Origin: a virus
Lineage: Duplodnaviria > Caudoviricetes
DNA length: 64,000 nucleotides
Reading direction: 5' to 3' (one strand)
IMG/VR virus record: IMGVR_UViG_3300009710_000010
Coordinates: 30,549 to 94,548 of that record
Shown: positions 31,155 to 41,227 of the stretch, one piece after another
How the letters are laid out: each line of letters begins with the position of its first letter
Position numbering within the stretch: position 1 is the stretch's first letter
The notes under the pieces: model-generated
Told to the model about the DNA's origin: nothing
Database searches by the model: none
Seen by the model: only the letters and a program-made list of their open reading frames with translations
Program-made: the position numbers and the translations under genes

Positions 31155-31561
31155 GTCTAAGAAATACTATTATATTAATGATTTTAGTTGCCGCAGCTTC
31201 TGCTGGAATTACGCGATATTACTTTCCGCAAGTAGAATTTAAAAATACAGAAACAGTAAAAGAAGTCGTTAGAAACGACGTTAGAACCATTGTTAAAGAG
31301 GTAGTTCGTCCGGATGGTTCTAAAGAAATCGTAACTGAAGTAATCGATAAGTCGACTAAAAAAGAGACGTCTACTTCTGAGACGATGAAAGCTGCTCAAA
31401 AACAATGGTTAGTTGGTTTAGGAGCTCGTGCAAAAGTATCAGAACGAGACACCATAATTTATGAATTAGAAGCCCATCGACGTATACTAGGTCCTTTTTA
31501 TTTAGGTGGAAAAGTTGGATCTGATAAAAGTGTAGGCTTGTCCGTTAGCATGGAATTTTGA
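31151..31561 (+). CDS. Envelope protein with N-terminal TM/signal and C-terminal amphipathic beta-strands ending in Phe
   Basis: IILMILVAAASAGI...GLSVSMEF. Confidence 0.6.
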   Translation: MSLRNTIILMILVAAASAGITRYYFPQVEFKNTETVKEVVRNDVRTIVKEVVRPDGSKEIVTEVIDKSTKKETSTSETMKAAQKQWLVGLGARAKVSERDTIIYELEAHRRILGPFYLGGKVGSDKSVGLSVSMEF

Positions 31562-31573
31562 TAGGATTCACAT

Positions 31574-31960
31574 ATGTTAGATTACCAGCAACTTCAAAAT
31601 TTAGTTAATCAATATCTCGATCTAATTACTATAGATCGGGATGCTATTATTGACGCCCGCAATCGTGCTGCTAAATTTCTTGTAGTTCAATCCCATTTAT
31701 CAAATCATTTAAAAACATTAGACGATATTAAAGTTACTGCATCTACTCTAGAAAAAGCTACGTATGCTCAAGCTTTAATGAGACAGGCCGGTAAAAACGT
31801 TACTGAGAATAAAATTAATGCTGAAGCTGATCCAGAATACGCGCAAGCTAGAAGTTCTTTAGAACTAGTAGATGCTGAAATCAATTGGACAAAACGTCAT
31901 TTTGAAATATTTGGAAACGCTCACGTAATGTTTAGGCAAATTGCTGCAGAAAGACCATAG
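31574..31960 (+). CDS. UvsY-like recombination mediator
   Basis: Helical, contains ADPEY, sits immediately upstream of the recA-like gene. Confidence 0.5.
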   Translation: MLDYQQLQNLVNQYLDLITIDRDAIIDARNRAAKFLVVQSHLSNHLKTLDDIKVTASTLEKATYAQALMRQAGKNVTENKINAEADPEYAQARSSLELVDAEINWTKRHFEIFGNAHVMFRQIAAERP

Positions 31961-31968
31961 GAGATATT

Positions 31969-32877
31969 ATGGAAAAGAAGTTTGACTTTTCAAAAACAAT
32001 TAAACGCGTTCAAGATAACTATAAAAACGACAAAAAGATGGCTCAACAAATTGGATTAGGTCAAGCATTAGAGACTATCTCCAACGATCCAAATGATTAT
32101 GTGGTAATGGCTGATTGGTGGAAATCTAAATTTGGAATTATGGGTTTAAAATTTGGACATATGGTTCAAGTAGCCGGTAAGTCTGACTCAGGTAAAACGT
32201 CAATTTCGTTGGATGCAATGAAGAGAGCCCAACAACAAGGTTGTGCCGTTGTTTACGTGGAAACTGAAGGAAAGACTGGACCTGAAGATTTAATCTCAGC
32301 CGGTATTGATCCAGATGGTGTAGTTTGTATTTATTCTTCAATTACAGAAGAAGCATTTGAATTAATGCTCAAAGCTGTAGATTCTATTTATGTTGATTAT
32401 CCAGAGGCAAAAGTACTAGTAGTATTTGACTCTTTCGGTAACACTACATCAGTTCGTGATGCATCTTTAGAGATGACTCAAAAAACGGCTATGGTTGGTG
32501 GAGCTGCGAAAACTAATAGATTGGGCCTTTCAGCTCTCCGTGCAAAAATGTCAAAAGATCCAATCGCAGTATTGCTAGTAAACCGCACGTATGATAATTT
32601 AAACTCTCCAGGTAAATCAAACGCTGGTGGAGATGCAATCAATTTCTTCTCTATGTTAACCCTTCAAACAGCTCGTAAAGGTTGGTATGAACGTACTGTT
32701 AAGGGCGAAAAGGTTCGAGCAGGCGCCGTTGTTATTTGGAATGTTTATAAAAACCACTATGCTAAAGCTTTGAAAGGCGAAGATGGACAATCAATCTTAC
32801 TCCCAAAACAAGTCGAACTTAAAATTACATCAGAAGGCATTAATCCGACTGACCAGGTATCTGAAGAAGGCGAATAA
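31969..32877 (+). CDS. RecA/UvsX-like recombinase
   Basis: GKSDSGKT, VETEG, VVFDS, GGDAINF. Confidence 0.88.
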   Translation: MEKKFDFSKTIKRVQDNYKNDKKMAQQIGLGQALETISNDPNDYVVMADWWKSKFGIMGLKFGHMVQVAGKSDSGKTSISLDAMKRAQQQGCAVVYVETEGKTGPEDLISAGIDPDGVVCIYSSITEEAFELMLKAVDSIYVDYPEAKVLVVFDSFGNTTSVRDASLEMTQKTAMVGGAAKTNRLGLSALRAKMSKDPIAVLLVNRTYDNLNSPGKSNAGGDAINFFSMLTLQTARKGWYERTVKGEKVRAGAVVIWNVYKNHYAKALKGEDGQSILLPKQVELKITSEGINPTDQVSEEGE

Positions 32878-32979
32878 GATTTATAACTTATTTCTTTTGT
32901 TTATGCTGTTTAGATTAGTTGATTATAATTACTTCATCACTGAACGATTAGACATACTCGTTCGAGAGTTGGGGAATTT

Positions 32980-33966
32980 ATGCTTGATCTCTTTACATTT
33001 ATTGGCGACCCACATATCACTCCTAAATCCTTAGACAAGGGTGAAGTACTATTTAATACAGTTGAGAACTTAGGTCGCCATTGCGTATGGCTTGGTGACC
33101 TCTTAGACACTAAAGAAGTTATCAGAGGAAAGTGTTTAAACGCATTTTATGACTACTTTAGTAGATCTAAACTTCAGCATATTATTATCGTAGGAAACCA
33201 TGATTGGTTCAATCTTGAATGTAAAGACCACTCGTTAAAAGCTCTAGCGGCCCTCCCCAATGTTACTATAATTGATACAGTAAGATCTCACCCAACTTTG
33301 CCATTCGTGTTCTTTCCGTACATCCACGACAAGGCTAAGTTAAAGGAAGAACTTAATGCTATTGAAAATCCTCAAGACAAAATTATAGTTGGACACTTTG
33401 AAGTATCTGGATTCGACTTCGGAAACGGTCATTTATGTGAAGACGGAATCATAACTCATGACGATTTTAAACAATTTAAAAGAGTCATTTCTGGACACTT
33501 TCACAAATTACAACAAACAGGAAACTTCACGTATTTGGGAACACCGTTCAGTCACTCTTTTGGAGAAGCAAATCAAGATAAAGTATTAGGAACTTACTGT
33601 CTATCAGACGATACTCTCACATTAACTCCTACATCTTTTCCGCGCCATTTGAGTATTAAAATTGATCTTTCTAAGAAAGGTGCTGAAAAGAAGCTTCAAG
33701 AGTTTCTTGCTGGTAATGAGTCGAATATAAACCGAGTTCAGCTATATGGAACAACTGAAGATGTTATCAAATTTGATAAGTCTAAGTATCCAGAAGTAAC
33801 TAAGTGGGAAGACAAATCAGAGACTAAAATTGACGCTAAGACTAATTTAGACGAAAGTTTAGACAATAAAACACAATTCCAAGAGTGGGGTAAAAACATC
33901 AAACAATTGGATAAGGACACTATTAAATTAGGTCTAGAAATCTTGGAGGCTGTCGGTGCTAAGTAG
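32980..33966 (+). CDS. SbcD/Mre11 (gp47-like) nuclease
   Basis: GDPH, GDLLD, GNHD, GHFH. Confidence 0.9.
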   Translation: MLDLFTFIGDPHITPKSLDKGEVLFNTVENLGRHCVWLGDLLDTKEVIRGKCLNAFYDYFSRSKLQHIIIVGNHDWFNLECKDHSLKALAALPNVTIIDTVRSHPTLPFVFFPYIHDKAKLKEELNAIENPQDKIIVGHFEVSGFDFGNGHLCEDGIITHDDFKQFKRVISGHFHKLQQTGNFTYLGTPFSHSFGEANQDKVLGTYCLSDDTLTLTPTSFPRHLSIKIDLSKKGAEKKLQEFLAGNESNINRVQLYGTTEDVIKFDKSKYPEVTKWEDKSETKIDAKTNLDESLDNKTQFQEWGKNIKQLDKDTIKLGLEILEAVGAK

Positions 33967-36076
33967 TATTAAAGCAACCAATTTCTTGTCGTGGAAAGAA
34001 TTACATTTTAATGTAACTAAAGGTGCTACCCTGGTGGACGGGTGGAATGAAGATGACCAAAGATCTGAAGGATCTGGTAAATCTGCAATCCTTAATGCTG
34101 TTTCGTGGTGTATTTTTGGTAAAGTCCCAAAAGATGCAAACATTGACGATGTCATTAAAGACGGAGAAACCTCGTGTTCTGTAGTGTTAGAGTTTGACAA
34201 CGGCGACGCTATCGTTCGCTCTCGCAAGCCACACGACTTATATATAATGAAGGCGGGCGCTACTATTAAGGGTAAAGACGCCAGAGAGACTCAAACATTT
34301 ATTGAAGAATACATTGGTTGTAATTTTGAAACATTCTGCCAATCTGTATACTTTGCTCAAAACTACGATAAAAAGTTTCTATCTTCTAATCAAGAAGATA
34401 AGGGTAAGATTCTGTCTAGTATTCAAAATCTTCAGGTTTTTGATAAAGCCCGTAAAGAGGTAATGGATCTATTGAAGCTTGAAAACGATAAAATTACTAA
34501 ACTTAAAAACCAACTAACTGTTGAAGAGAATAACTTCAACAATCTAAATTCTCAAAAAACGATGTTGAACTCTTTTATTGCTGACAAGATTAAAAAGCAT
34601 AAAGAGCAACAAAACATGCTGACCCAACAACGTGATATGGTTTCTGGACACGTCAAACGTACAGAATCTGATATGGAAGCAATAGTTCAAAAAGCATCTG
34701 CAATCGATTTACAAGCTTTAGCTAATGATGAGGCTGAACTAAATAAAGCTAAAGCTGATTATGGAACCCAACTATCAGGGGTTACATATCAAAAGAGTCA
34801 GGTTGATTCAGTTAAAAAAGCAATCCAGAGTAAAGAATTTGAAGGTCAAACACTAGCTACTAAGTATTCAAACTTAGAAAAGAAACTTCAAACTTCTAAA
34901 ACCACTAAAAGTCCTAGAATATTAAGCCTAGAGACGAATCGAGACTTTGCATTAGATCTAAATAAAAACCAAAGCCGTAACCGCCTTTTGACCAAGGTAA
35001 AACAACTAGAAGATTTTATAGCAAATCCAACAAAGATCTGTCCATCATGTGGAACTGAACTAGCATCAGCGGATACTAGCCATTCTCAAAAAGAATTAGA
35101 ATCTATTCGCCAAGAAATTACTCAAATAGAAGCGCAGGCTAAAGATCAAGCAGCCCAGTACGATATTCAAATTCAACAAGAGTTACAAAATAATGTAACT
35201 GAACAAGAGTCCATGGCTGCTGAAATGCAAAGCATCTTAGCGCAACTCGAGGCCGTATCTCAATATTTAGACCAAAATAAAATCCCATCTATGGACGAAC
35301 TAAACAAGCAAGAAGTTGAAATTAGGGGAGTAATTACTCAAATTGATCAGGCTATATTTCAAACAAATCAAAAGAAAAATGAGCATGCTCAGTTAGTTAA
35401 CCAACATGGAACTTTAAGCAACCAACTAGCTAATTATAATCAGCAACTACAACAACTACAAAATTCATTAAATCAATTGGGAGAGCCTGACGTTTCTCAA
35501 GATACAGCTAAACTGGCTGCTCTAGATTTAGAAGTATCTAATGTTACAGTTAAAATTGAAGAACTTAAAAATTTGATAGAGGTTGCAAACATTCATGCCC
35601 AGCGTTTAGAAACTCTTAAAGAGGGTTTTAAAGAAATCAAAACCCACGTATTTACAAATGCTCTTAAAGAATTAAATCACAGAACAAATGAATATCTATC
35701 TCAATTATTTGACATGGAAGCAACTGTTAAGTTTACAACAGAAGATCAAAAGATCGAATCAAAGATCGTGTTAGACGGTAAAGAGCGTAGTTTAGGTCTG
35801 TTATCTGGTGGTCAAAATCGCCGATTCAATTTAGCAGTAGATTTAGCTATTTCAGATCTTGTATCAAATAGAAAATCCTCTAAGTTAGGAATTCTAATCT
35901 TTGATGAATACTTTAAAGACTTGAGCGAGATTAGTATGGAAAAGTCTTTAGATCTTCTTAAAGATAGAAAGTGTCCAGTAGTACTTATCGAACATAACAG
36001 TATCTTTAAAAACATTGTGGATAATACGTTCTTCGTAAGACTCGAAGACGGAACATCTAGAGAGTCGAGACCGTAA
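33956..36076 (+). CDS. SbcC/Rad50 (gp46-like) ATPase
   Basis: GSGKS, coiled coil with CPSCG zinc hook, LSGGQ, FDE, H-loop. Confidence 0.92.
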   Translation: MLSSIKATNFLSWKELHFNVTKGATLVDGWNEDDQRSEGSGKSAILNAVSWCIFGKVPKDANIDDVIKDGETSCSVVLEFDNGDAIVRSRKPHDLYIMKAGATIKGKDARETQTFIEEYIGCNFETFCQSVYFAQNYDKKFLSSNQEDKGKILSSIQNLQVFDKARKEVMDLLKLENDKITKLKNQLTVEENNFNNLNSQKTMLNSFIADKIKKHKEQQNMLTQQRDMVSGHVKRTESDMEAIVQKASAIDLQALANDEAELNKAKADYGTQLSGVTYQKSQVDSVKKAIQSKEFEGQTLATKYSNLEKKLQTSKTTKSPRILSLETNRDFALDLNKNQSRNRLLTKVKQLEDFIANPTKICPSCGTELASADTSHSQKELESIRQEITQIEAQAKDQAAQYDIQIQQELQNNVTEQESMAAEMQSILAQLEAVSQYLDQNKIPSMDELNKQEVEIRGVITQIDQAIFQTNQKKNEHAQLVNQHGTLSNQLANYNQQLQQLQNSLNQLGEPDVSQDTAKLAALDLEVSNVTVKIEELKNLIEVANIHAQRLETLKEGFKEIKTHVFTNALKELNHRTNEYLSQLFDMEATVKFTTEDQKIESKIVLDGKERSLGLLSGGQNRRFNLAVDLAISDLVSNRKSSKLGILIFDEYFKDLSEISMEKSLDLLKDRKCPVVLIEHNSIFKNIVDNTFFVRLEDGTSRESRP

Positions 36077-36605
36077 TGGCCTTAAAACTTTATAAATGTC
36101 CAGTATGTGATAAGACAAAAGAGACTCTTAAAAAAGACATACCTACGTGCCCGCACGGGGAACTATTGATTAATATGGAGCAACAAATTACAGCTCCTAA
36201 TCAAAAGTTTATGATTTCTGCTAACGCGGCTGAGGGTAAATCTAAACTTAAAGATTCTGATAAAATGCTAAAAGCGAGAGCTAGGAACCACTCTAGGGAC
36301 GTACTTGGGGATGAAACTATTCAAATAAATCTAAAAAATGGATTAAAAGAGTCAGTTTCTAGAAATCTTCTAAATGAGAAGGGCGAACGTAGAAAGAAGA
36401 TTGATGATATATGAAAGTAGAATTTTATTGGTGCGTAAATTGCGGCCACAAATCCAAAGCTAAAAGAAGCGATCAAACCACGTGCGATAATTGCGGATAC
36501 GTTGGAATTACGCCATATGAGAAATCAGAGATATTAGAGGATAAGAATTTAACCGAACGTTTTAAGGAAGTAATAGATGAAGATTCTGCTGTCTCTGGAT
36601 CTTAG
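36076..36605 (+). CDS. Two small zinc-ribbon proteins (36076-36414, 36411-36605)
   Basis: CPVC...CPH; CVNC...CDNC. Confidence 0.6.
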
Positions 36606-37182
36606 TACTACCTGTACTGGATGGTCTGTTTTTGATATAGAAACGAAGAAACTCGTTTCATATGGAACGTTGAAACCGTCTACAAAAGGCTTATCAAAAA
36701 TGATATATCCTAAGCAACAACTAACTAAAATGATTGATCTATCTTTTCAGCTTAGATCTTTAATAGAAAACTTTAAACCTTCCCACATAGTAATCGAAGA
36801 GATTGCAGGATCTAAGCAAAGAATTGGTCAAAAAGTATTAGATGGTCTACATTGGATCTTTCTTCATAATAATCAAGAAATTATCGATATAGTACAGTAC
36901 TACGACGTTACAGGGTCCGACGGATGGAGAACACATCTCAATTTGAAACTAACAGACGCCGATAAACTTGCAAATAAAGAAGCTAAAAAACTCAATAAAG
37001 AACTTGGACGTGGCGTATCAAAATTACCCATTTATGACGCAAAAGATTTAGCATGTCGACATGTCAATTCTAATTTTGGACTAAGCCTGGATCCTCAGAC
37101 GAATCAATATGATGCAGATATTGGAGATAGTATCGCAATGGGACATTCGTGGCTACTTTTTAGGTGTCCGTCACAAGTATAG
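36577..37182 (+). CDS. RuvC-like Holliday junction resolvase
   Basis: LSLDLSTTCTGW, IVIEE, DIGDSIAMG. Confidence 0.82.
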   Translation: MKILLSLDLSTTCTGWSVFDIETKKLVSYGTLKPSTKGLSKMIYPKQQLTKMIDLSFQLRSLIENFKPSHIVIEEIAGSKQRIGQKVLDGLHWIFLHNNQEIIDIVQYYDVTGSDGWRTHLNLKLTDADKLANKEAKKLNKELGRGVSKLPIYDAKDLACRHVNSNFGLSLDPQTNQYDADIGDSIAMGHSWLLFRCPSQV

Positions 37183-37199
37183 TTGGATAATATATAGAT

Positions 37200-37730
37200 A
37201 TGGATAAGAGTAAGTTTCAATATGAAGGAATTAAGTGGATCATGGAGATGGAATTATTAAACCATCCCCAAGCTATCAACACGATTAAATTCAACATATT
37301 GATGGTAAGCAAACGAATCAAGGAGGTTGAGCTTCTCATTTATCGCGAAAACAAATCTATGTTAGTTTTATTAGAACTATCATGGTTTGGACGTAAATTC
37401 CGTAAAAAACAGATCTTTACGGAAGTACACGAAGTATTAAGCCAGTTGTTACCTAGTTTTAGATTTCGAGTAATCGATGATCCTAAAATTATGCAAATGG
37501 CGATAGAAAGAGTACAAAAAGCCTTAACAGGAGGTAAAAATGAAAACTCTACTAATAACAATAACACTATTGCTCTCGAGCCAAATAAACAAGAACCAAA
37601 GCCTTCCGAATCAACCACAATTAATAAAACCGGAAGTCTTGAAAGTGTTCAATCAGATTCAGAAAAACCATCCGAAGCTCCAGAAGGATTACTCCCTGAA
37701 GTTAGCGGAAACGATCGTAAAGAAGAGTAA
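37200..37730 (+). CDS. Hypothetical protein, 3' end overprinted on the transglycosylase gene
   Basis: 176 aa; 191-nt overlap with 37540-38100. Confidence 0.6.
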   Translation: MDKSKFQYEGIKWIMEMELLNHPQAINTIKFNILMVSKRIKEVELLIYRENKSMLVLLELSWFGRKFRKKQIFTEVHEVLSQLLPSFRFRVIDDPKIMQMAIERVQKALTGGKNENSTNNNNTIALEPNKQEPKPSESTTINKTGSLESVQSDSEKPSEAPEGLLPEVSGNDRKEE

Positions 37731-38100
37731 GAAACACGGTATCTCTTCTAGAGTTCTAGCTGCGATGTTAATGCAAGAATCTGCATATAAAATCTCGGCC
37801 AAGAATCTCAAATGTGGTATATCAATAACTACAGGTGAACGGGATTGTATTGCGGTTGACTTTGGCATAGGTCAAATCAATCACAAAACTATCAAAAGTT
37901 ACAAATTTGACCAAGTTAAGTTAATGTCCGACTTAACTTATTCGGTAGAGGCGTCTGCAATTGTTTTATCAGACTTTAAAAAGAAGTATGGTAAGAACGA
38001 TTCGGAGTACTGGACTAGGTATAACGCGGGAGTAAAGAATACTCCGACTGTAAAAAGAAATAGAGCTATCTATAAAAACCTGGTAGCTAGATATTTATAG
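37540..38100 (+). CDS. Lytic transglycosylase (SLT domain) with signal peptide
   Basis: AMLMQES, DFGIGQIN, RYNAG; hydrophobic N-terminus; SD AGGAGGT. Confidence 0.82.
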   Translation: MKTLLITITLLLSSQINKNQSLPNQPQLIKPEVLKVFNQIQKNHPKLQKDYSLKLAETIVKKSKKHGISSRVLAAMLMQESAYKISAKNLKCGISITTGERDCIAVDFGIGQINHKTIKSYKFDQVKLMSDLTYSVEASAIVLSDFKKKYGKNDSEYWTRYNAGVKNTPTVKRNRAIYKNLVARYL

Positions 38101-38150
38101 TCGGCTATACTTTTATTCCCAGTTGATATAATGAGCACTGGGAATAAAAT

Positions 38151-38765
38151 ATGGACTCTGACGATAAAAACAAATCAATGGTAATCACTTTAGACGGAAA
38201 CACTTTAGGTCTAGAGAAGATTAAAAATGAATATATATGCGAAGGGACTACAGCTCCCGAGCTCGCTATGAAGTACAACTTACCAGTTGAACTAGTTCAG
38301 CAATTCATATCAAATGAGCAATTAGATAAGCTAAGAGCAGCTCACATTAAGCACGGCTTACAGTTGTTACAAAATATACAATTGGGTCAAGCTGAAAAAC
38401 TGATGAATCTAGAAAATCAGTTTAAAAAGATGAGAATCATTCAAATAGAGAAGATGTTAGAAGATTATGCTGCGTATTACGCGCGGTATGGTCACTTTTA
38501 TAAAGTACATCCAATTACTAACGAGATATTGAAAGATACGAATGGAATTCCTCTACAAATTAAACTTCCAAACGTTGCCCATGAAATTACACAATTAAAA
38601 GAAAGCGTATCTTTATCTGAAGGTTTAAAACAAATGCTAGGTCACATTGACGCTATCATCAATAAGCCTAAAGATATTGATAACATTACAGATCCAAATG
38701 TCCTAGATGCTAGTTTTACGGATCTGTTCTCACAAAAGAAACACGGGGATGAGGACAGAGAATGA
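38151..38765 (+). CDS. Putative terminase small subunit
   Basis: N-terminal HTH (ELAMKYNLP); located upstream of terL. Confidence 0.55.
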   Translation: MDSDDKNKSMVITLDGNTLGLEKIKNEYICEGTTAPELAMKYNLPVELVQQFISNEQLDKLRAAHIKHGLQLLQNIQLGQAEKLMNLENQFKKMRIIQIEKMLEDYAAYYARYGHFYKVHPITNEILKDTNGIPLQIKLPNVAHEITQLKESVSLSEGLKQMLGHIDAIINKPKDIDNITDPNVLDASFTDLFSQKKHGDEDRE

Positions 38766-39316
38766 TTATTTATAAAATTGTAAACTCTATTACTAGTGAT
38801 TTTTATATAGGAAAAACTACAGGTTCACTTGAACTTAGGTGGCAAAAACATTGCAGAAATTCAAGTAATTGTAGGTATTTATCAAATGCAATTAAAAAAT
38901 ACGGTAAATCTTCGTTTAGGTTAGAAGTCTTAAAAGTATGCCAGTCTTTAGAGGACTTAAATATTTCAGAAAAACATTTTATTAAAACGATGTCCCCTTT
39001 GTACAATTTAACTAAAGGTGGAGACGGTGGAGCATTAATTGGAGAGTCTTTAGAAAGAATGAAGATAGGAGTTTCTAAAGCTCTTAAGGGCAAAAAAAAG
39101 CCACATAGAACTTTAGAACATTCTAATAAAATATCTAAATCTTTAACCGGTAAACCTAACATGAAAAAGAGAATACCAATAAAGTGTTCTAATGGTTTAG
39201 TTTATTCTGGAATTAAAGAAGCATCTAAATTATTAAATATTAGCGCCGGAAACATTCATAGCGTTTTAAAAGGTTATAGAAAAACTGCTGGAGGATATTC
39301 TTTTGGATATATCTAA
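38762..39316 (+). CDS. GIY-YIG homing endonuclease (NUMOD-type C-terminus)
   Basis: IIYKIVN...FYIGKT, YNLTKGG, KTAGGY. Confidence 0.9.
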   Translation: MIIYKIVNSITSDFYIGKTTGSLELRWQKHCRNSSNCRYLSNAIKKYGKSSFRLEVLKVCQSLEDLNISEKHFIKTMSPLYNLTKGGDGGALIGESLERMKIGVSKALKGKKKPHRTLEHSNKISKSLTGKPNMKKRIPIKCSNGLVYSGIKEASKLLNISAGNIHSVLKGYRKTAGGYSFGYI

Positions 39317-41135
39317 GCTTAGTCAGCAACAGTTTGCTGTGCTTTTTAATAAGATTGTTGAGAAGATCAAGCAAGACCCGATTGAGAACTTTGTAAAAGC
39401 TAGTGGGTTTTTAGATCTAGATCCGACGCCAGCCCAAGAAGTAATTCTTAAAATAGTTTTTAATAAAGAACTGGATTCTGTAACCCGTAAAAAAGTTAGA
39501 TTTGAAGAACGAGATGGCGCGTCTATTAAATTCAAAACAGTCTTAATGACTGAGTACGAAATCTATGAATTTTTAACGGATGAGAAGTACAATCCTAAAA
39601 AGTTAAAAGACATCAAGATCAACAAAATCGATCTCATATGTGGTCGTCGTTCTGGTAAGACTTTATTATCAGCTGTTATTTCTATTTATTGCGCTATTTC
39701 TAATAATTGGAAACCGTTCCTTAAAAAGACACCCTTTGCAACGGTTCTTATTATGTCCCACTCTCGTGAGTTCTCTGACGAGGTTTTAGAGATCATACGT
39801 ACATTGATTGAAAGTTCTCATGTATTAAGTGCGTTGATTAATAAAGATAAAAAGAATACGTCATCAACTATGAATCTTAAAGTACCTTGGATTATCAACG
39901 GTACTCAAATCCAATATTCAAGGGTTCAAATTAAGGTTGCAGCTGCATCGAGTAAAACTACACGGGGAGTTGCAGCTTGCGCAATTCTTTGCGACGAGAT
40001 TGCATTCTGGAACTTAGATGAAAGCATGAAGGAAACTGATGCTAAAATCATGAAAGCCGTACGTCCGGCCATGAAACAGTTCCGTGAATTTGGAATGCTC
40101 ATCAAGTTATCGTCTCCTGGTATTAAACAAGGTGTTCTATATGGTGAGTACAAGAAACACCGAGCAGGAGAACTTCCTCCGTCTTACGCAGTATTTAAAG
40201 CTCCGTCATGGGTAATGACTCCAGATGACGTAGTTCCAAGCGAGGAGTTTAAAGAAGAATTTGATTTAGATGCAGAATCGTTCGATCAAGAGTATCGTGG
40301 TAATTTTGCAGACTCATTAAGTTTCTTTATTACTCCTGAATATATTGACATGGCCGTTCTTAAAAAAGTAACGTTCATGGCACCAGAAGCGGATGCAACT
40401 AAATATACAGCAGCAATCGATGCCGCGTACAAGGGTGATAGATTTACATTTTCAGTCACGGCGTATGTTAATGGTAAACTCAAACAATATATGTCTAAAT
40501 CTTGGGAAGGTACAAAACAAAAACCAGTATCTGCCTATGAAGTTGCAGAGTTTATTAGAAACGTGACTAAACAATTTAACATTGATGAAGTTGCCGCTGA
40601 CCAGTACTCGTTTCAACCTTTAAAAGAAATCTTTGGAACTTATGGAGTAAATCTTAAAGAATATGTATTTACTCCAGCATTTAAGAAAAAGATATACTGG
40701 AATCTTAAAAAGTTAGTACACTCACAACAGATCGATCTCTTAGATAACGAGATTCAAACTAGAGAGTTAAAGGAATTGATAGTCGAACAGGGTCAATCTG
40801 GAAATATCAAGATTGGTCACCCGGCGGGAGGAACAGATGACTTTGCGGATTCCTTGGCAGTATCGGCTTTCTTGGCTACACAGGAAGTTGGACAAGGCGT
40901 TTTTGAGGTTGTATCTGCGGCCGCCGGGGAAACTTATGGAGTTAAAACGGATAGTCAGGGTCGAGCTATTGGTAAAGCCCCAAGTCCAGATATGTTAGTC
41001 CAATCTGGTCACTTATCTGAGAATGTGATGGATAACTCCGAACAATTTGAAAAGGATCCAAAAACTGGTAAGTTGGTTAGAAAAGAAGACCTGGAAGATG
41101 ATGAAGCGGACTCTGGTGCACAATTTGTTTTCTAG
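39303..41135 (+). CDS. Terminase large subunit
   Basis: CGRRSGKT, ILCDEIAF, LSSP, RNase H-like AIDAA...DDFADSLA. Confidence 0.92.
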   Translation: MDISKLSQQQFAVLFNKIVEKIKQDPIENFVKASGFLDLDPTPAQEVILKIVFNKELDSVTRKKVRFEERDGASIKFKTVLMTEYEIYEFLTDEKYNPKKLKDIKINKIDLICGRRSGKTLLSAVISIYCAISNNWKPFLKKTPFATVLIMSHSREFSDEVLEIIRTLIESSHVLSALINKDKKNTSSTMNLKVPWIINGTQIQYSRVQIKVAAASSKTTRGVAACAILCDEIAFWNLDESMKETDAKIMKAVRPAMKQFREFGMLIKLSSPGIKQGVLYGEYKKHRAGELPPSYAVFKAPSWVMTPDDVVPSEEFKEEFDLDAESFDQEYRGNFADSLSFFITPEYIDMAVLKKVTFMAPEADATKYTAAIDAAYKGDRFTFSVTAYVNGKLKQYMSKSWEGTKQKPVSAYEVAEFIRNVTKQFNIDEVAADQYSFQPLKEIFGTYGVNLKEYVFTPAFKKKIYWNLKKLVHSQQIDLLDNEIQTRELKELIVEQGQSGNIKIGHPAGGTDDFADSLAVSAFLATQEVGQGVFEVVSAAAGETYGVKTDSQGRAIGKAPSPDMLVQSGHLSENVMDNSEQFEKDPKTGKLVRKEDLEDDEADSGAQFVF

Positions 41136-41227
41136 GATAGTCAATTTGATACAATATGCTATAGCGACTATTATTTATATCAACGTACCATTTTGATACA
41201 AATAGTTGAAATTACAGAGGAAATAAG

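Noticed and set aside
38762-39316. Group I intron splitting the terminase
   Set aside because: The endonuclease ORF overlaps both neighbours, leaving no room for a ribozyme core; terL motifs are complete downstream
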